Below are positions 48,736 to 61,299 of a stretch of DNA of 64,000 nucleotides, in pieces. Made by a program: the position numbers and the translations under genes. The DNA lies in contig NC_073386.1 in the NCBI RefSeq assembly GCF_028641065.1, forward strand, positions 21,328,001-21,392,000, read 5' to 3'. The DNA comes from Leucoraja erinacea (lineage: Eukaryota). Numbering within the stretch: the stretch's first letter is position 1; each line of letters opens with the position of its first letter. Below the pieces are notes generated by a model. It did not search any database. It was not told where the DNA came from and saw only the letters and a list, made by a program, of their open reading frames with translations.

Positions 48736-50665
48736 GAAATTACTTTAATTTTCATCAGAATCCTGAATTCAATAAAATTAATCAAATGCATTTACCACTT
48801 GGGTTATATTGCCGACAAAACATTCCCAACTGTTGTTTCTCTCTGGTTCTGTGAAAAAGCATTTACTTTACCAAACTGATATCCTCTGCCATACCCTACC
48901 ATACTACTCAGCTCAATCACTCACAGGCTGTTTTAACTCATTGTGTACTGGTTCGACATGACAATAACATTTTTTGGCCTAGAGTAAGCTTATTCCTACA
49001 TAACCCGACAGAAGACAATGACTCTGGGGGGGGGGACCAAAACAATTCCTTATAGAATGCAATTTCATTTAAAAATTATCAATTCTGATTTCAAAGGTAA
49101 ATTTATTTTGATATAATCTACAATTTAAATGTAGATTAGAATGTACAGCTGCAATCATGAATATAATCCATGAATGTCTTTCAAATTTTAAACAGTGGTT
49201 TGAATTTTATCTGGAATAAATAAATCTTTGCATATGTCAAAATTGAAGCATATAAAACTAGAAACCAGTCATTAGTCTTCATTATTTCAGATCTCTTCAT
49301 CTTGTTTTTAAAAAAATTATTATATATATTATATATATTTGTTAAACTCAATTGTGATAAAGTTGACCATGCCATAAATCATTTTGCGCATCTCCAAATC
49401 TACTTAATGTGTTTGCAAATGGCTATATTTCAAAAATATGTATAATGTATGAGGCAGTGATGTGTACATTTCTTCCTTTTGCTCTTAGTAAGGAGTAAAA
49501 ATCATTAATTTGCCAACAATTTATTAAAATGTATTACTTCGCAGGTTCTCAGCATATTTCTTACTTTGTTCATATCCATCCAAGAGACATGTAGTATTCT
49601 CCAACTCCTGTTTCCATAAGCCTGTGAAGGAGCATAATCTTGAACTTTCCATGAATAATGCCAATGGAAATTTACTACTATTGTTAATAAAAAAGGACTA
49701 TAGCAATGTGTTTTGTATTTTATTGTGATACATGAGATGTGTTAAGAAATGGATACAGCCTCTTTAATGCAAAAATCTATAAAAATGCATTTTATCAAGT
49801 CATAGCCTATATTGCTTATTACAATTTAAATTCTTCCAGATCAATAATGACAGATTGCAACGGATGAAATTGAAAAGACTGAAATCAAATTTAATTCAAA
49901 TGTTACACGTAGGAATAGATGGAATTGGATTGATCTAATATAGACCAATTTTCAACAACGCATATGGTTGCAATGACATTTTTGTTCATTTTCAGATTTT
50001 ATCCCTGCCTATGATGTCACATTTACTTGTTACACTGTGTTTAATACATGTGCAGGGGATTGAAACAGTTTGATGGAACTGCTCTAACAGACTGAAAATT
50101 CAAAAACGGGTATTAACATTGGAATCCCATCCACATTCCATCAGTAATCTGGAAAAGAAACCATGCAAAATGCCAAAAGTTATCAGACAAGCCTGCAAAG
50201 AAACCAATTGTGTGCCAGATAGAATAAAATTAACCGGCAGAGTTATATCTGATATGACAATCATTATACTATTAATTTATTGTTATCACTGACCTCAATT
50301 CCATTTTTTTCCTTGATGATAACTTGAACAAGCATTTGAAAATAATGAAATTGTGATTGGATTCAGAAGTGAATTTCTAGCAAATTGCAATTTTTGACTC
50401 AACTCTTCTCGTTTATTCAATGTTAGTAGTTGATGAGAAGTGAGAAACCCAAAGGTTTAGCTGCAATGTGTAACAAGTCTGATCAGAAATTCAGGTGGAC
50501 CTAAAAATGTTACAAACAAAACGACCATTGTGTGTTGGGCAGCCTTCCCTCCTACTTTGTTTAATATTTTTTTTTGCATGGACCGAAATAAAATGTACAT
50601 ACCGTTCCTATTTCTGCGTTGATGGACTGGGAGGAACAGGTGTTCTTGTGGTTATAGTTTCCCAG

Positions 50666-51146
50666 GTAGACAAAAATGCTGGAGAAACTCAGCGGGTGCG
50701 GCAGCATCAATGGAGCGAAGGAAATAGGCAATGTTTCGGGCCGAAACCCTTCTTCAGACTGATGCAGGGTGGGGGGTGGGGGGGGACGAAAAGAAGAAAG
50801 GAAGAGGAGGAGCCGGAGGGAAGAGGGAGAGCTGAGAAGGGTAGGAGACAGCAAGGGTTGCCAGAAATTGTAGAAGTCACTGTTCAGGCTCCTGGAATGC
50901 AGACTGCCCAAGCAGAATATGAGGTGCTGCTCCTCCAGTTTCCGGTGGTGCTCATTCTGGCCATGGAGGAGGCCCAGGACAGAAAGCTCGGAATGGGAGG
51001 GGTAGTTGAAGTGCTAAGCCACAGGGAGATCAGGTTGGTTAATGCGGACTGAGCGGAGGTGTTCGGCGAAACGATCGGCAAGCCTACGCTTGGTCTCACG
51101 GATGTAGATCAGCTGACATCTAGAGCAGCGGATGCAATAGATGAGG
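50666..51146 (-). mobile_element. 5'-truncated Penelope-like element (GIY-YIG endonuclease and pLTR) with 13-bp TSD
   Basis: LIYCIRCSRCQLIYIRETKRRLADRFAEHLRSVR; hammerhead-like core at 50730-50757; TSD TATAGTTTCCCAG at 50653-50665 and 51147-51159. Confidence 0.92.
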
Positions 51147-51667
51147 TATAGTTTCCCAGAATGAGATCAAACATAGTAAAGTGATTAGTAGTGACTTTTA
51201 GTGACTGATGCTGCATTTAATGTATATTTCAATTAAAAGACCAAGCAAAATGACAGACTTAAAGAACAACATCTCATATTCTGCTTGGGTATCTTACAAC
51301 TTAACTGAATTAATACTGAATACTCCGATTTCAGGTAATTCCCCCTTATGCTCCCTCTTGTCCCTGCCTTTCTACCCGAGTGCCAAATTTCCCTTTCACC
51401 TTCCTCTCTTTGCCCGTTTCCTGTTCCCTCCCACCCTTACCCAGCCTTCCAGCTTTACATTTCACTCACCATTGACCAGAAACTGAACTGGACCAGCCAC
51501 ATCAAACTGATCACAAAACAAATTAATGACTGCATATACCATCGAGAGCATCCTACTTTATAACAACCCCCAACAAAAACATTTCCACAATCTTTAAAAT
51601 ATAATCAGAAGCACAAAAATACTAATTTCCACTTGGCTGAATGAGGGCCATGCCAACAATACCCAAC

Positions 51668-51753
51668 AAGGTTTTGGCCCGAAACGTTGCCTATTTCCTT
51701 CGCTCCACAGATGCTGCTGCACCCGCTGAGTTTCTCCAGCACTTTTGTCTACC
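51668..51753 (+). mobile_element. Penelope pLTR fragment
   Basis: GGTTTTGGCCCGAAACGTTGCCTATTTCCTTCGCTCC...TTTTGTCTACC. Confidence 0.75.
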
Positions 51754-52171
51754 CGTCATGCTTGACACCATCCAGGGTAAAAGCAGGCAAAGATAATCAC
51801 TTCTTCTACCAGCACCAGCGCTATGACTGAGACAGGCAGGTCTACTAAATGTACCAAATCACATATTCTGGCTTGGAAATGCATCACCCTTTTTAATTAT
51901 CCACATTTAGACCCTGTGACACTCAACTAACACTGGGAGTACCTTCATCAAAAGACTGGTGATTCAAGAAGGCACCACCACCCTCTTCAAGGACGAAAGG
52001 TATGAATAATAAACATTTGTCTCACTAGTGATGCCCACAACTCACAAATGAATTTATAAACGTACAAGATTAGGAATGGTAGAAAGCTGACATGGACTGA
52101 TTAGGTTAAGTGTCCTGCTTCTATGATATGGGCTATTTTGCATTATTACTTCCAATTACTGTTCAGAATGA

Positions 52172-52345
52172 ACGACAATAGACAATAGCTGCAGGAGTAG
52201 GCCATTTGGCCCTTCGAGCCAGCACCACCATTCAATGTGATCATGGCTGATCATCCCCAATCAGTACCCCGTTCCTGCCTTCTCCCCATATCCCCTGACT
52301 CCACTATTTTTAAGAGCCCTATCTAACTCTCTTTTGAAAGCATCA
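52172..52345 (-). mobile_element. CR1 3' end
   Basis: GACAATAGACAATAG..GCAGGAGTAGGCCATT. Confidence 0.8.
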
Positions 52346-52472
52346 AAACGACCTTCAAAAGCAATCCAGAATATAAACAGACTGGACTTAATCTCACTGA
52401 AAATCAAAAATATTAACTTTCACATCATTTGCTCTGCAATATTTTATAACACATTTATTTTCACAATTGAGA

Positions 52473-53330
52473 AATATTCAATTCAATTCAATTCAATTTA
52501 TTTGTCATTTGAGCCTCATTGAGGTTCAAACAAAATGTTGTTTCTGCAGTCATACACACAAGAAAGTACCAAGACACAACACAATTTACACAAACATCCA
52601 TCACAGCGCATCTCCTCCTCGCTGTGATGGAAGACAAAGACTTCTCTCCCCTGCACTGCCCATTCCCCTCCCGATGTCAGAGTCAAAGCCCCCGGCGGGC
52701 GATGGTAATTGTCCCGCAGCCATTAACGCCGCGCCGGGTGATGCAAGGCCGCGCTCCGGGTCTTGTTGTTGGAGCCCCCGGCGGGCGCTAGCAAAGTCCC
52801 ACAGCCATTCCAAGCTGCGCCGGGCGATGATGCAAGCCCCCGCTCCAGGTACTCTTCAACCCCGCAACTCGGGCGGGTGAAGTCGCCGTTGCGGAAGCCC
52901 CAAAAAGCGGTCTCCCAGCAGGGACCCGCGGGCTCCCGGTGTCACTGTCCACCAGACCTGCGGTAAGCCTCCGAATCTCCGGGGTCAGGTCGCAGCCGAG
53001 CGCCACCACAGCTCCACCCGCTCCGAACTCGGCCAGCTCCATGATGGTGAGTAGGTCCGCAGCTCCGCGACTAGAGCCCCAGGTCGTTCCGGTTGGAGGT
53101 CGCTCCACAGTGCTAGGCCCCAACGACAACGGAGACCAAACAGAGAAAAGGTCAGGTTCTCCGTGCAGGGGATAGATTTTATAAGTTTCTCCCCCCCCCA
53201 CCCCCCCGCCCCCCACACACATACCCAGTCAAAATAAAATAAAAACTAAATTCAAACGAGACAAAAAAATAATAAAAAGACAGACGGACTGCAGAGGCCG
53301 CTGCGACGTGAGTCGCGCCGCCCACCGATC
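52473..53330 (-). mobile_element. GC-rich non-autonomous retroelement (hairpin family), copy 4
   Basis: (ATTCA)n tail; perfect 12-bp stem at 52597-52631; head matches the 59433 copy. Confidence 0.8.
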
Positions 53331-54129
53331 AAACAGATGTCTAATAGAGAAGATAAAAGTATAAGCATGAAGAAATCAAAAGTGATAGAGAACCAACATT
53401 TTTGTTTATATAAATTATTACATTTTACACCATAACATTAAAGCATTAAACCACTGATTGAAAACACAAACAGAAGATTGATTCTCTTCCACCTAAAATG
53501 AAAAGTCTCTATTTTGTCACTTTCTTTGACCTGAAACTTCAGCTCTGTTCCTCTCTTCACAGATGCAGCCTGGTCTGCTGAGTGTTTCTAGTATTTTCTT
53601 TTTATTTTACATTTTCATCATCTGCAGTTTTTCTTTACATTCAGTCTCTATTTTGTTCTCACACACCAATAATTGGATTCATAGTCTTGACTATCTCCTG
53701 ATCTCTATGTAAACTACATCTCTTAGAAAATCTGACAAACATATCTTGACCCCATTGACCATGTCTTCAACCATTAGTTTGGCAGAGAATCAAATTGAAA
53801 ATACAGGCAATTTTCTCCAACACCAGTCCCATTAAAAATGTAACCTTTTCTAAATCTACTCATTCCTATGTACATGGCAAATTTCTGGTGGGCCACCACA
53901 CCACATTCAACTTGCTGTCCCGTCACTCATTAAATGTTGCTAAATAGATTTACTTCATTCCACGTGCACCTCTCTAGACATCCTGCACTGGATGTCACAT
54001 CTCCATGAAATTATGAATCCAAATTCTTGAGGTGTAGCATTTGTTCAGGTGTTCAAAAATATTCACTTTGTCACCCTAGGTAAGAGTTCCATGCCCTGTG
54101 CTTTGTTGCTATCTAGATATCATTAACAA

Positions 54130-54417
54130 TCATTTTGTCAGTCCAAGCAGTTTAAATCTTTCAGCAGGAGGTGTAGCAAAGTACTGCATTTGCTCTTCAG
54201 AGTATCTTTCCTCTACATCAATGATATCTCTGTAGGTCCAATCCTGCCAGTGGAAATTAAACCTATTGAGAAGTTGGATCTTTTTTTCATCGGTTGACAC
54301 GCAGTCCACAGGCAGCTTTTGCTCGAGGGATGGGACCTGGACATCAGGAAATATCAGGACTCCTCGTATGGCAAACCAGCCTCCGTAACGTGGATGAATG
54401 CAGACTCCATACAATTT
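54130..54417 (-). CDS. MMACHC: MMACHC exon 4 (terminal)
   Basis: gatag|[24 protein letters not shown]...[12 protein letters not shown]...[17 protein letters not shown]. Confidence 0.97.
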   Translation of the reverse strand, partial: KLYGVCIHPRYGGWFAIRGVLIFPDVQVPSLEQKLPVDCVSTDEKKIQLLNRFNFHWQDWTYRDIIDVEERYSEEQMQYFATPPAERFKLLGLTK

Positions 54418-54797
54418 CTATCAGGAAAATAATTATTTTTGTTAAGTTGATAATATGCATGTTCCTACTCTGACCTCTTTTGAAACTCTCTCACAGAGAT
54501 GCCCTAGTCTCAAAGACCATTAAAAGATAGTCACGAAATACAAATTAAAGGAGTTCAATAGTTCACAATATTACGCTCAGCTACTTCTCTTCTTTTGAGG
54601 GCATAACTTGCTTATAATTGTCTACCACTATGGCATAACAGATGTAAGCACAAATCATTTCCACTTTGCACCACATGTTGAAACTCTATGCTGTGCCACA
54701 ATACTGTTCTTCTATCATGTTGGATCCTTTATATATTTATTTCTAATTGCAGAATGTTTCCCTTCAAATATCAAGTATGATCAATTGGTAGAAGTCT

Positions 54798-55092
54798 TTA
54801 GAAATACAGCATGGAAACAGGCTTTCAGCCCACTGATCCGCGCTGATCAGCGATCACCCCGTACACTAGCACTATCCTACACACGGGATAATTTACAATT
54901 TTACCGAGGCCAATTAACCTACAAACTTGTACGTCTTTGGAATGTGGGAGGAAACCCGAGCACCCAGAGAAAACTCATGCAGTCACAGGGGGAATGTACA
55001 AAGTCCATACAGACAGCACCCAGGATCAGGATCGAACATGGGTCTCTGGAGCTGTAAAACAGCAACTCTACTGCTGCATCACTGTGCTGCCC
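54798..55092 (-). mobile_element. HE1/V-SINE (tRNA-derived)
   Basis: Minus-strand head GGGCAGCACAGTGATGCAGCAGTAGAG...GTTCGATCCTG, then V-domain and CR1-like tail. Confidence 0.85.
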
Positions 55093-55629
55093 CTGTTTTT
55101 GAATCTGCCCAACCGGAAAGGGGAGAAGAGGGAACGACCAGGGTGCGAGTTGTCCTTGAATATATGGGCTGCTTTATCAAGGCAGCGTAGTTTAGATAGA
55201 GTCATTGGGGGCAGGGAGGTGGTGGCGGGTTAAAGCCAGTTAGCGAGACGGTCTTGACTGCGTCACAACACCCCACATTGTTGCGCAGTCTTGAGCTGAG
55301 CAATTGCAATGCTTTCTATGGGCATCGGTGGAAATTGTAGATCAGAGTTCTAGACCAGAGTGCTAGATCAGAGTTCTATAGGCTTGAACACTGCCATGGT
55401 GCTATGAGTATCATAGAATAATCCACTCAATTTCTCTCATGCTGAGAGGCAACCAAATCTTTCATCATCGCTAGGTCTAAGAGTGGCAACTTAACATGTA
55501 CAAGGCATCACATACTTAAACTTTGTACCTTTTAAACAACATATTTTCCAACTTTAGAAATAATATATCATGATTAGATGGGATTAGATGGAATGAGAAC
55601 TATTTTCGGTGCTGGCTACAAGTTGAGCA

Positions 55630-56165
55630 GTGTGAACACGTCAATGAGTCTTACCAATTTCTACAGATTAACCATGAAAAGCATCCTATTCGGATGCAGC
55701 ACAGCTTGGCATTGCAACTGCTGCCCAAGACTGCGAGAAATTGTGGAGTGTTGTGAATGCAATCAAGATCATCTTGCAAACTAGCATTCCTCCCCATTGA
55801 CTCTATCTAAACTACGCTGCCTACATATTCAAAGGCCACACATCCTGCTTGTTCCCTCTTCTCTCCTCTCCTGTTGGACAGGAGGTGTATAAGCTTGAAA
55901 GCATAGATCATCAGATTAGAAATAACTTCTTCCCTGCTGTTATTAATCTCCAACAGATCTCGCATGCTAAGGATAAATTCCCATCTGCCAATCTACCTCA
56001 TTCTGGCTTTTGCATTTTTTACCTGCAATTTCTCTGCAGCTGCAACACTTAATTCTGCATTCTTTCCTTTCCCTTTTTGCACCAATTATCATTCTCATGT
56101 ACAGTATGATTTACCTGGATAAGACAAAACAAAGTTTTGCCACTGCTTCAGTATACGACAATAAT
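55630..56165 (+). mobile_element. Old Rex1-like LINE 3' fragment
   Basis: LTNFYRLTMKSILFGCSTAW...RNNFFPAVI; GACAATAA tail. Confidence 0.55.
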
Positions 56166-56494
56166 ATATCAAAGCAATTTTTGTGACTGGTTAAGATAGA
56201 ACACATGTATCTGCTTTAATTAATCCACTCAATGACTGGATGATATTCCTGCATTGGAAAGAACTTGCTTTTATAATCTCACATTATTCCATTGCAGTTC
56301 ACTGCCAATTCACATGTTGTCATCATTGTAATCTAAGGTAACAAAATAATCAACACATGTGGAACAGGATCTTTAAAAATATAATGAATAATCAATTTGC
56401 CTAAATATTATAGAGCTAAAGGTTGGCCAAACTGCAATGTAGCAAAATATCCCTCTGCCCCTAAACCAAAAGCAGAAATTTATTTAATTCTTAC

Positions 56495-56647
56495 TTTTTC
56501 TCCCCAGGGGTTTTTCTGCACATCTTTCATTTGGTAATAATAGGCCGCTCCAGCCTCATGTGCAGCTGTTTGTACCAAAACCTTTGGCCTTCGATTAGGA
56601 AGCAACTCAAAGTCATGGATGGTTTCAATCCTGTGATCAGGGAAATT
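56495..56647 (-). CDS. MMACHC: MMACHC exon 3 (153 nt)
   Basis: [51 protein letters not shown]|gtaaga. Confidence 0.96.
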
Positions 56648-56884
56648 CTAAAGCAAGTAAATTAAAAAAGTTACTGTTTTCTTAATGCCAGATAACCAAC
56701 ATCTATAATAATAAATATAGAAAGGGAAAAGATGCATTGAATAATTCACACTTCTGTTACTTTAACCGATACTTAACACTTGAACAATGGAGATTAATGT
56801 TGTCCCCTGCCAATCAAATGTGTTATCATAGTTGATTCTGCCACTTTTCACCATTTTCCATGAAATCAAACTATCACTTATCTT

Positions 56885-57550
56885 AAGTAAAGAAACATAG
56901 TGCTGAAGTAACTAAGTGGGACAAGATCGGGACCTTTCCGGCTGAAAGGAAATGGCCAGTATAAAAAAAATTGATGGAGGAGAGGTGAGCAAAGTAGCAA
57001 GTGATAAGTGGAGCCAGTGAGATGGGGTTGATTGGCGTGTGTGTGGTGTGTGTGTGTGTGTGTGTGTGTGTGTTAGGTGAAAATAGTAACAGAGACTGGG
57101 AGTTGATAAGTAGAGGCAATAAATGGCTGCAGATTGTGGAATCAGATGGGAAAGGAAGGTGAAGTGTGGAAACAGATAAAGGAGGTAGAGTGGGCAGATG
57201 CGGACAGTGGAGGAGTGTGGACCCAATGGGAGGAATATGTTGGCAATGAACAGGTGGAGTGGATAATGGAGGGGAAAGACTGGGTTATATGTGCCTGGGA
57301 AGATTGAAAAGGGAGTGTGTGAGAGAACAAGGCTAGATCAGAATTCGAGGAGGTAGAAATGGATAGAGGAGGCGTAGGTTACCCAAAATTAGATAATTCA
57401 ATGTTCATGCCTTTGGTGTGTGGACTATGATGATATGCTGTTCCTCTACTTTGCCTGTGGCCTCACCCTTGCAGTAGAGACGTCCAAAGACAGACAGGTC
57501 AGTGTGGGAATGGGAAGAGGAATTAAAATAGCTGGCAATGAGGAGTTCCA
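56885..57550 (-). mobile_element. Degenerate Penelope-like fragment with a (TG)n microsatellite (57037-57072)
   Basis: AATTCAATGTTCATGCC...TGCTGTTCCTC region matches the other PLE copies. Confidence 0.6.
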
Positions 57551-57755
57551 GATGGTCATGTTGACCTATTTCTAATCTCATTTTTGTAATATAGTCATTG
57601 TTAATATCAAAATTTAACAGTCAAATTCCATAAACCAAATCCCAAGAAATACCAGTGGCTCACAACAAGTTTCAACCTTGGCATTATTTGTTCTACCAAC
57701 ATCAACATATTTCCACTTCAATGTCAACATAAATTTAATGCAGAAAATTCTTTAC

Positions 57756-57950
57756 TTTCCCCACTAGAGAGAAATAATGAGCAACACACTCATCAATAGG
57801 ATCCCGAACTGTAGATAATTGCATGACTCCAATGAACGGTTTGAAGGCTTTCTCAAACATCTGGGGTGTGCTGAGAACAACAAAGGCCAAAGTGTCATCT
57901 GGATATTGTAGATGAAAGCAAGGTTGTACAACTGCATTGTACCAACTAAT
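57756..57950 (-). CDS. MMACHC: MMACHC exon 2 (195 nt)
   Basis: ISWYNAVVQPCFHLQYPDDTLAFVVLSTPQMFEKAFKPF...DPIDECVAHYFSLVGK|gtaaag. Confidence 0.96.
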
Positions 57951-58369
57951 CTGTTAAAAAGAAAATATAGCAATCATAAATCAACCCAGAGAAACAAGGC
58001 AAAGGAAACCAATCCAAATACACACAAAATACCTTTAAAATGTCTTGGTACCACTTGATCGTGTTGAACAGTTAACATGCCCAGTTCAACCCCTCCCCAT
58101 CACCAATAGCAAAATGCACACGTCACATGGTCAATTTCTCATCAAGTCCGCACTTCACTTTTATAATTCACATTGATAAATTCCATCTCCTCCCGATCAA
58201 AGACTTAAACATAAATTATATCATGTAGCAAGACTAGAATAAAAACGTTGAAGAAATTACTGAAAACAATCACAGTCATTAAGAGTCAGTGATAAAAAAA
58301 TGTAATGTTTCCAAAGTAATTATATTTTAATTCATCAAAAAGTTACCCAAACTTACACATTCTCCCTTA

Positions 58370-59040
58370 TTGCCATTTGAATTATTGAACTGAAGGGTGT
58401 CACTAGGCCTAACGTGGCAGAGGTTCAACAAGTGGTGCTGGAAGAGAGACAGCGTTGGAAGGTCTTCACAAGAGGTATTACAAGCAGAGTGTAGCCAGCT
58501 AAATCCCAGGGGAACTACCATCAGGAAGTTTGGGACTTCCAGAAGGAAAAAGTCCTCCACATGTCTGCTTCTGCCATACAAGGTAATCAAGATCCATGAT
58601 GAGTATGGAAAATGTGGATTAATATCTTGAAAGGTGCCTATCAGCAAAGGCACAATGCATTGAAATTCACCATATCCAGCATGCCCAGATGACTGAAGAA
58701 TACATACTCAACATGGAAATCTGCTCCAAGCTCATGGTCTACCCAGCAGTAGTCATCACCAACCTCCTAAAAACTTCAAATATATGGAAGCACGGTTGGC
58801 ATCTCAAGGCTCTAGAGAAGTGTTAGCTGCTTCTGTAAAACTCCCCAAATTGGCTAAGATGTTTGACAACCTAGCATCAGTATCCATACAATGGGCAAAG
58901 TCTACGGCATTTAAACTGTTTTCATTTTCAATCATCTCTGCTGAGCGTGCCATATCTCGTTGTTGCCGTCTTGAAAGAAAGTTCTCTTTCAAGCTCTCTC
59001 ACTGAGTTTAGAGAAAACATTTCAAGGATGTTTTCAAAAT
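58370..59040 (-). mobile_element. Degenerate RTE-like LINE fragment
   Basis: Decayed frames (FPYLGS-like HFPYSSW; ENFLSRRQQ...) without splice context. Confidence 0.4.
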
Positions 59041-59432
59041 ATCTTTGCAAAAATGTCGCATCGTCACCGGTCCTGACCCAAATTGTCGCCTATCCATGTT
59101 CTCCAGAGATGCTACCTGAGTCACTCCACCACTTTGCGTCTGTTTTTTTGGCAGAAAGGTCAGTATGGGAATAAGAAGGAGAATTCAAACGGCTAACATA
59201 TAGGAAGTGGAGTTAAAATGGTTAGCAATGAGAAAGGAAATTTTCTCCTCTGCCAAAGAGTTATCTCCCTCCACTCCCATCTGAAGTCCTCCATTTCCCT
59301 TTTATTCTCCCCTCTCTCTCCACCCTGTAACCTTCCACCCACATCCCTCTCTCCTTCACATTTCATTTATCTTCTTACGTCTTGTTTGTCACACATTGGT
59401 CTCCTTTCCACCTTTAGCTTTCGTCACTTACG

Positions 59433-60257
59433 TGATCCGGTAGGCGGCGCGACTCACGTCAGCAGCGGCCTCTGCAGCCCGTCCGCGTTTTTATTATTTT
59501 TGTCTATGTTTTTATGTAGTTTTTGTTATTTTTTGTTGGGGTGTGTGTGTGTGGGGAGGGAGTGGGTAACTTTTAAATCTCTCCCTGCACGGTTGGGGCT
59601 GCAACGGGGAGCGGCCTCCAACAGGAGAAGACCGGGGACTCTGGTGCTGACTCACCTCGTCGCGGAGCTGGCTGAGTCTGGAGCGGGTGGAGCGGTGGTG
59701 GAGCGCTGCTGCTGCTGCTGCTGCTGCGGCCCGACCTCCGGAGATTCAGAGGCTGCAACTGCGGGTTGGCGGACGGCACTGGAGGGAGACCCTTTTTTTC
59801 CCTGCAACGGCGACTTCTCCCCCGCCCGAGTTGCGGGGTTGAAGAGCTCCTGGAGCGGGGCCTGACATCACCGCCCCGCGCGGCTTGGAATGGCCGCGGG
59901 ACTCTGCGAGCGCCCGCCGGGGTCTCTAACACCAAGACCCGGTGTGCGACCTTGCATCACCCGGCGTGGCTTTAATGGCCGCGGGACAATCGCCATCGCC
60001 AGCCGGGGGCTTTGACTTTGACTCTGACATGGGGGGGGGGGGGGGGGGGGGGGGGAGAGTGCAGTGGAGAGATACGTTTTTTTGGCCTTCCATCACAGCG
60101 ATGTGATGGATGTTTATGTAAAATGTAAATTATGTTGTGTCTTGGGTCTATTTGTTTGTAATGTATGGCTGCAGAAACGGAATTTCGTTTGGACCTCAAG
60201 GGGTCCAAATGACAATTAAATTGAATTAAATTGAATTAAATTGAATTAAAATTAAAT
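59433..60257 (+). mobile_element. GC-rich non-autonomous retroelement (hairpin family), copy 5, inside a Penelope remnant
   Basis: GGTAGGCGGCGCGACTCACGTC head; hairpin at 60089-60110; TGACAATTAAA plus (TTGAATTAAA)n tail. Confidence 0.8.
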
Positions 60258-61060
60258 TACTCCATCCACCTGCCAATCACACCCACTCCCTAACTCTAAC
60301 CGCCTATCATTAACTTTACCACTGTCTTTCCCACTGCCATCAGGTTCACTTGGACTGTCTCTTACACCGTGCTCTCCTTTCTTGATCTCTCTGTCTCAGT
60401 CACAGGGGGTAGACTATCGACTGACTTCTCCTACAAACCCACCGGCTTCCAGTTATCTGGACTACACCTCCTCTCATTCTGCCTCATGAAAAGATGCTAT
60501 CGCCTACTCTCATTTTCCATCTCTGCTGCATCTGCTTCTGAGTTTCTATTCTAGGATATTCGAGATATAAATGTAGATTCCCCCTGCTGTTGTAGATGGA
60601 ACCCTAACCAGCATCTTCTCTATACTCTTGCACCCCCTCCCCAAGACTGAACATCGATTAAGTTCGTCTGGTCCTTACTGTTCAGCCCACCAGTCTTCGC
60701 ATCATTCTCCGACATTTCCACCACCTTCAACGTGATCCCACCACAAATTACATCTCCCCTCTCCACTCCACCACAATCAGTTTGAAGTAGGGTTCCGATC
60801 CAGAATGTCACCTATCCTTATTCTTCAGAGATCCTGCCTGACACTCTTACTCCAGCACGGTGTGTTTTTGTAAACCAGTATCTCCAGTTACTTGTGTCGC
60901 AACCTATCACCTGGCAGGCTTTGCACAGCCAACTTCTCTCCTGCAGCTTCATTCCTCTCCCCCATCAGCCAGAGGGTTCCGACCTGAAACGTCGTCTGCC
61001 CACTATCGCCACAGATACAGCACTTTCAGTTTTGTTCAAGATTCTGCAGTTCCTTATGTC
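60258..61060 (+). mobile_element. Penelope-like RT/pLTR fragments
   Basis: LSFLDLSVSVTGGRLSTDFSYKPT (PLE RT C-terminus); degenerate pLTR and hammerhead remnants at ~60780 and ~60970. Confidence 0.7.
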
Positions 61061-61201
61061 TCCGAGGTGCCAATTGAACAAGCCTGTCACCTGCAGCAGT
61101 GTTTGTCAACGCCGCATGGAAGCCCCAGAGATGAGGAGGGAACAAGTCAATGGCGAGGAAGCAAGCAGAACTTCAATAATATCATGTTTCTAAAGACATA
61201 C

Positions 61202-61273
61202 CTTGAAGGGATCGCATTGGAAACCCAATGGGCTCAACAGCTCATCCAAGCGCCGCTGTATTGGAACAGACAT
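61202..61273 (-). CDS. MMACHC: MMACHC exon 1
   Basis: MSVPIQRRLDELLSPLGFQCDPFK|gtatgt versus human ...IEDTLCPFGFEVYPFQ; in-frame TAG upstream of the ATG. Confidence 0.9.
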
Positions 61274-61299
61274 GTCCACACACCCCTATCACGCAATAT

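Noticed and set aside
58327-58653. 108-aa minus-strand ORF in MMACHC intron 1 as an exon
   Set aside because: MMACHC exons 1 and 2 join in phase without it; it resembles a decayed LINE.
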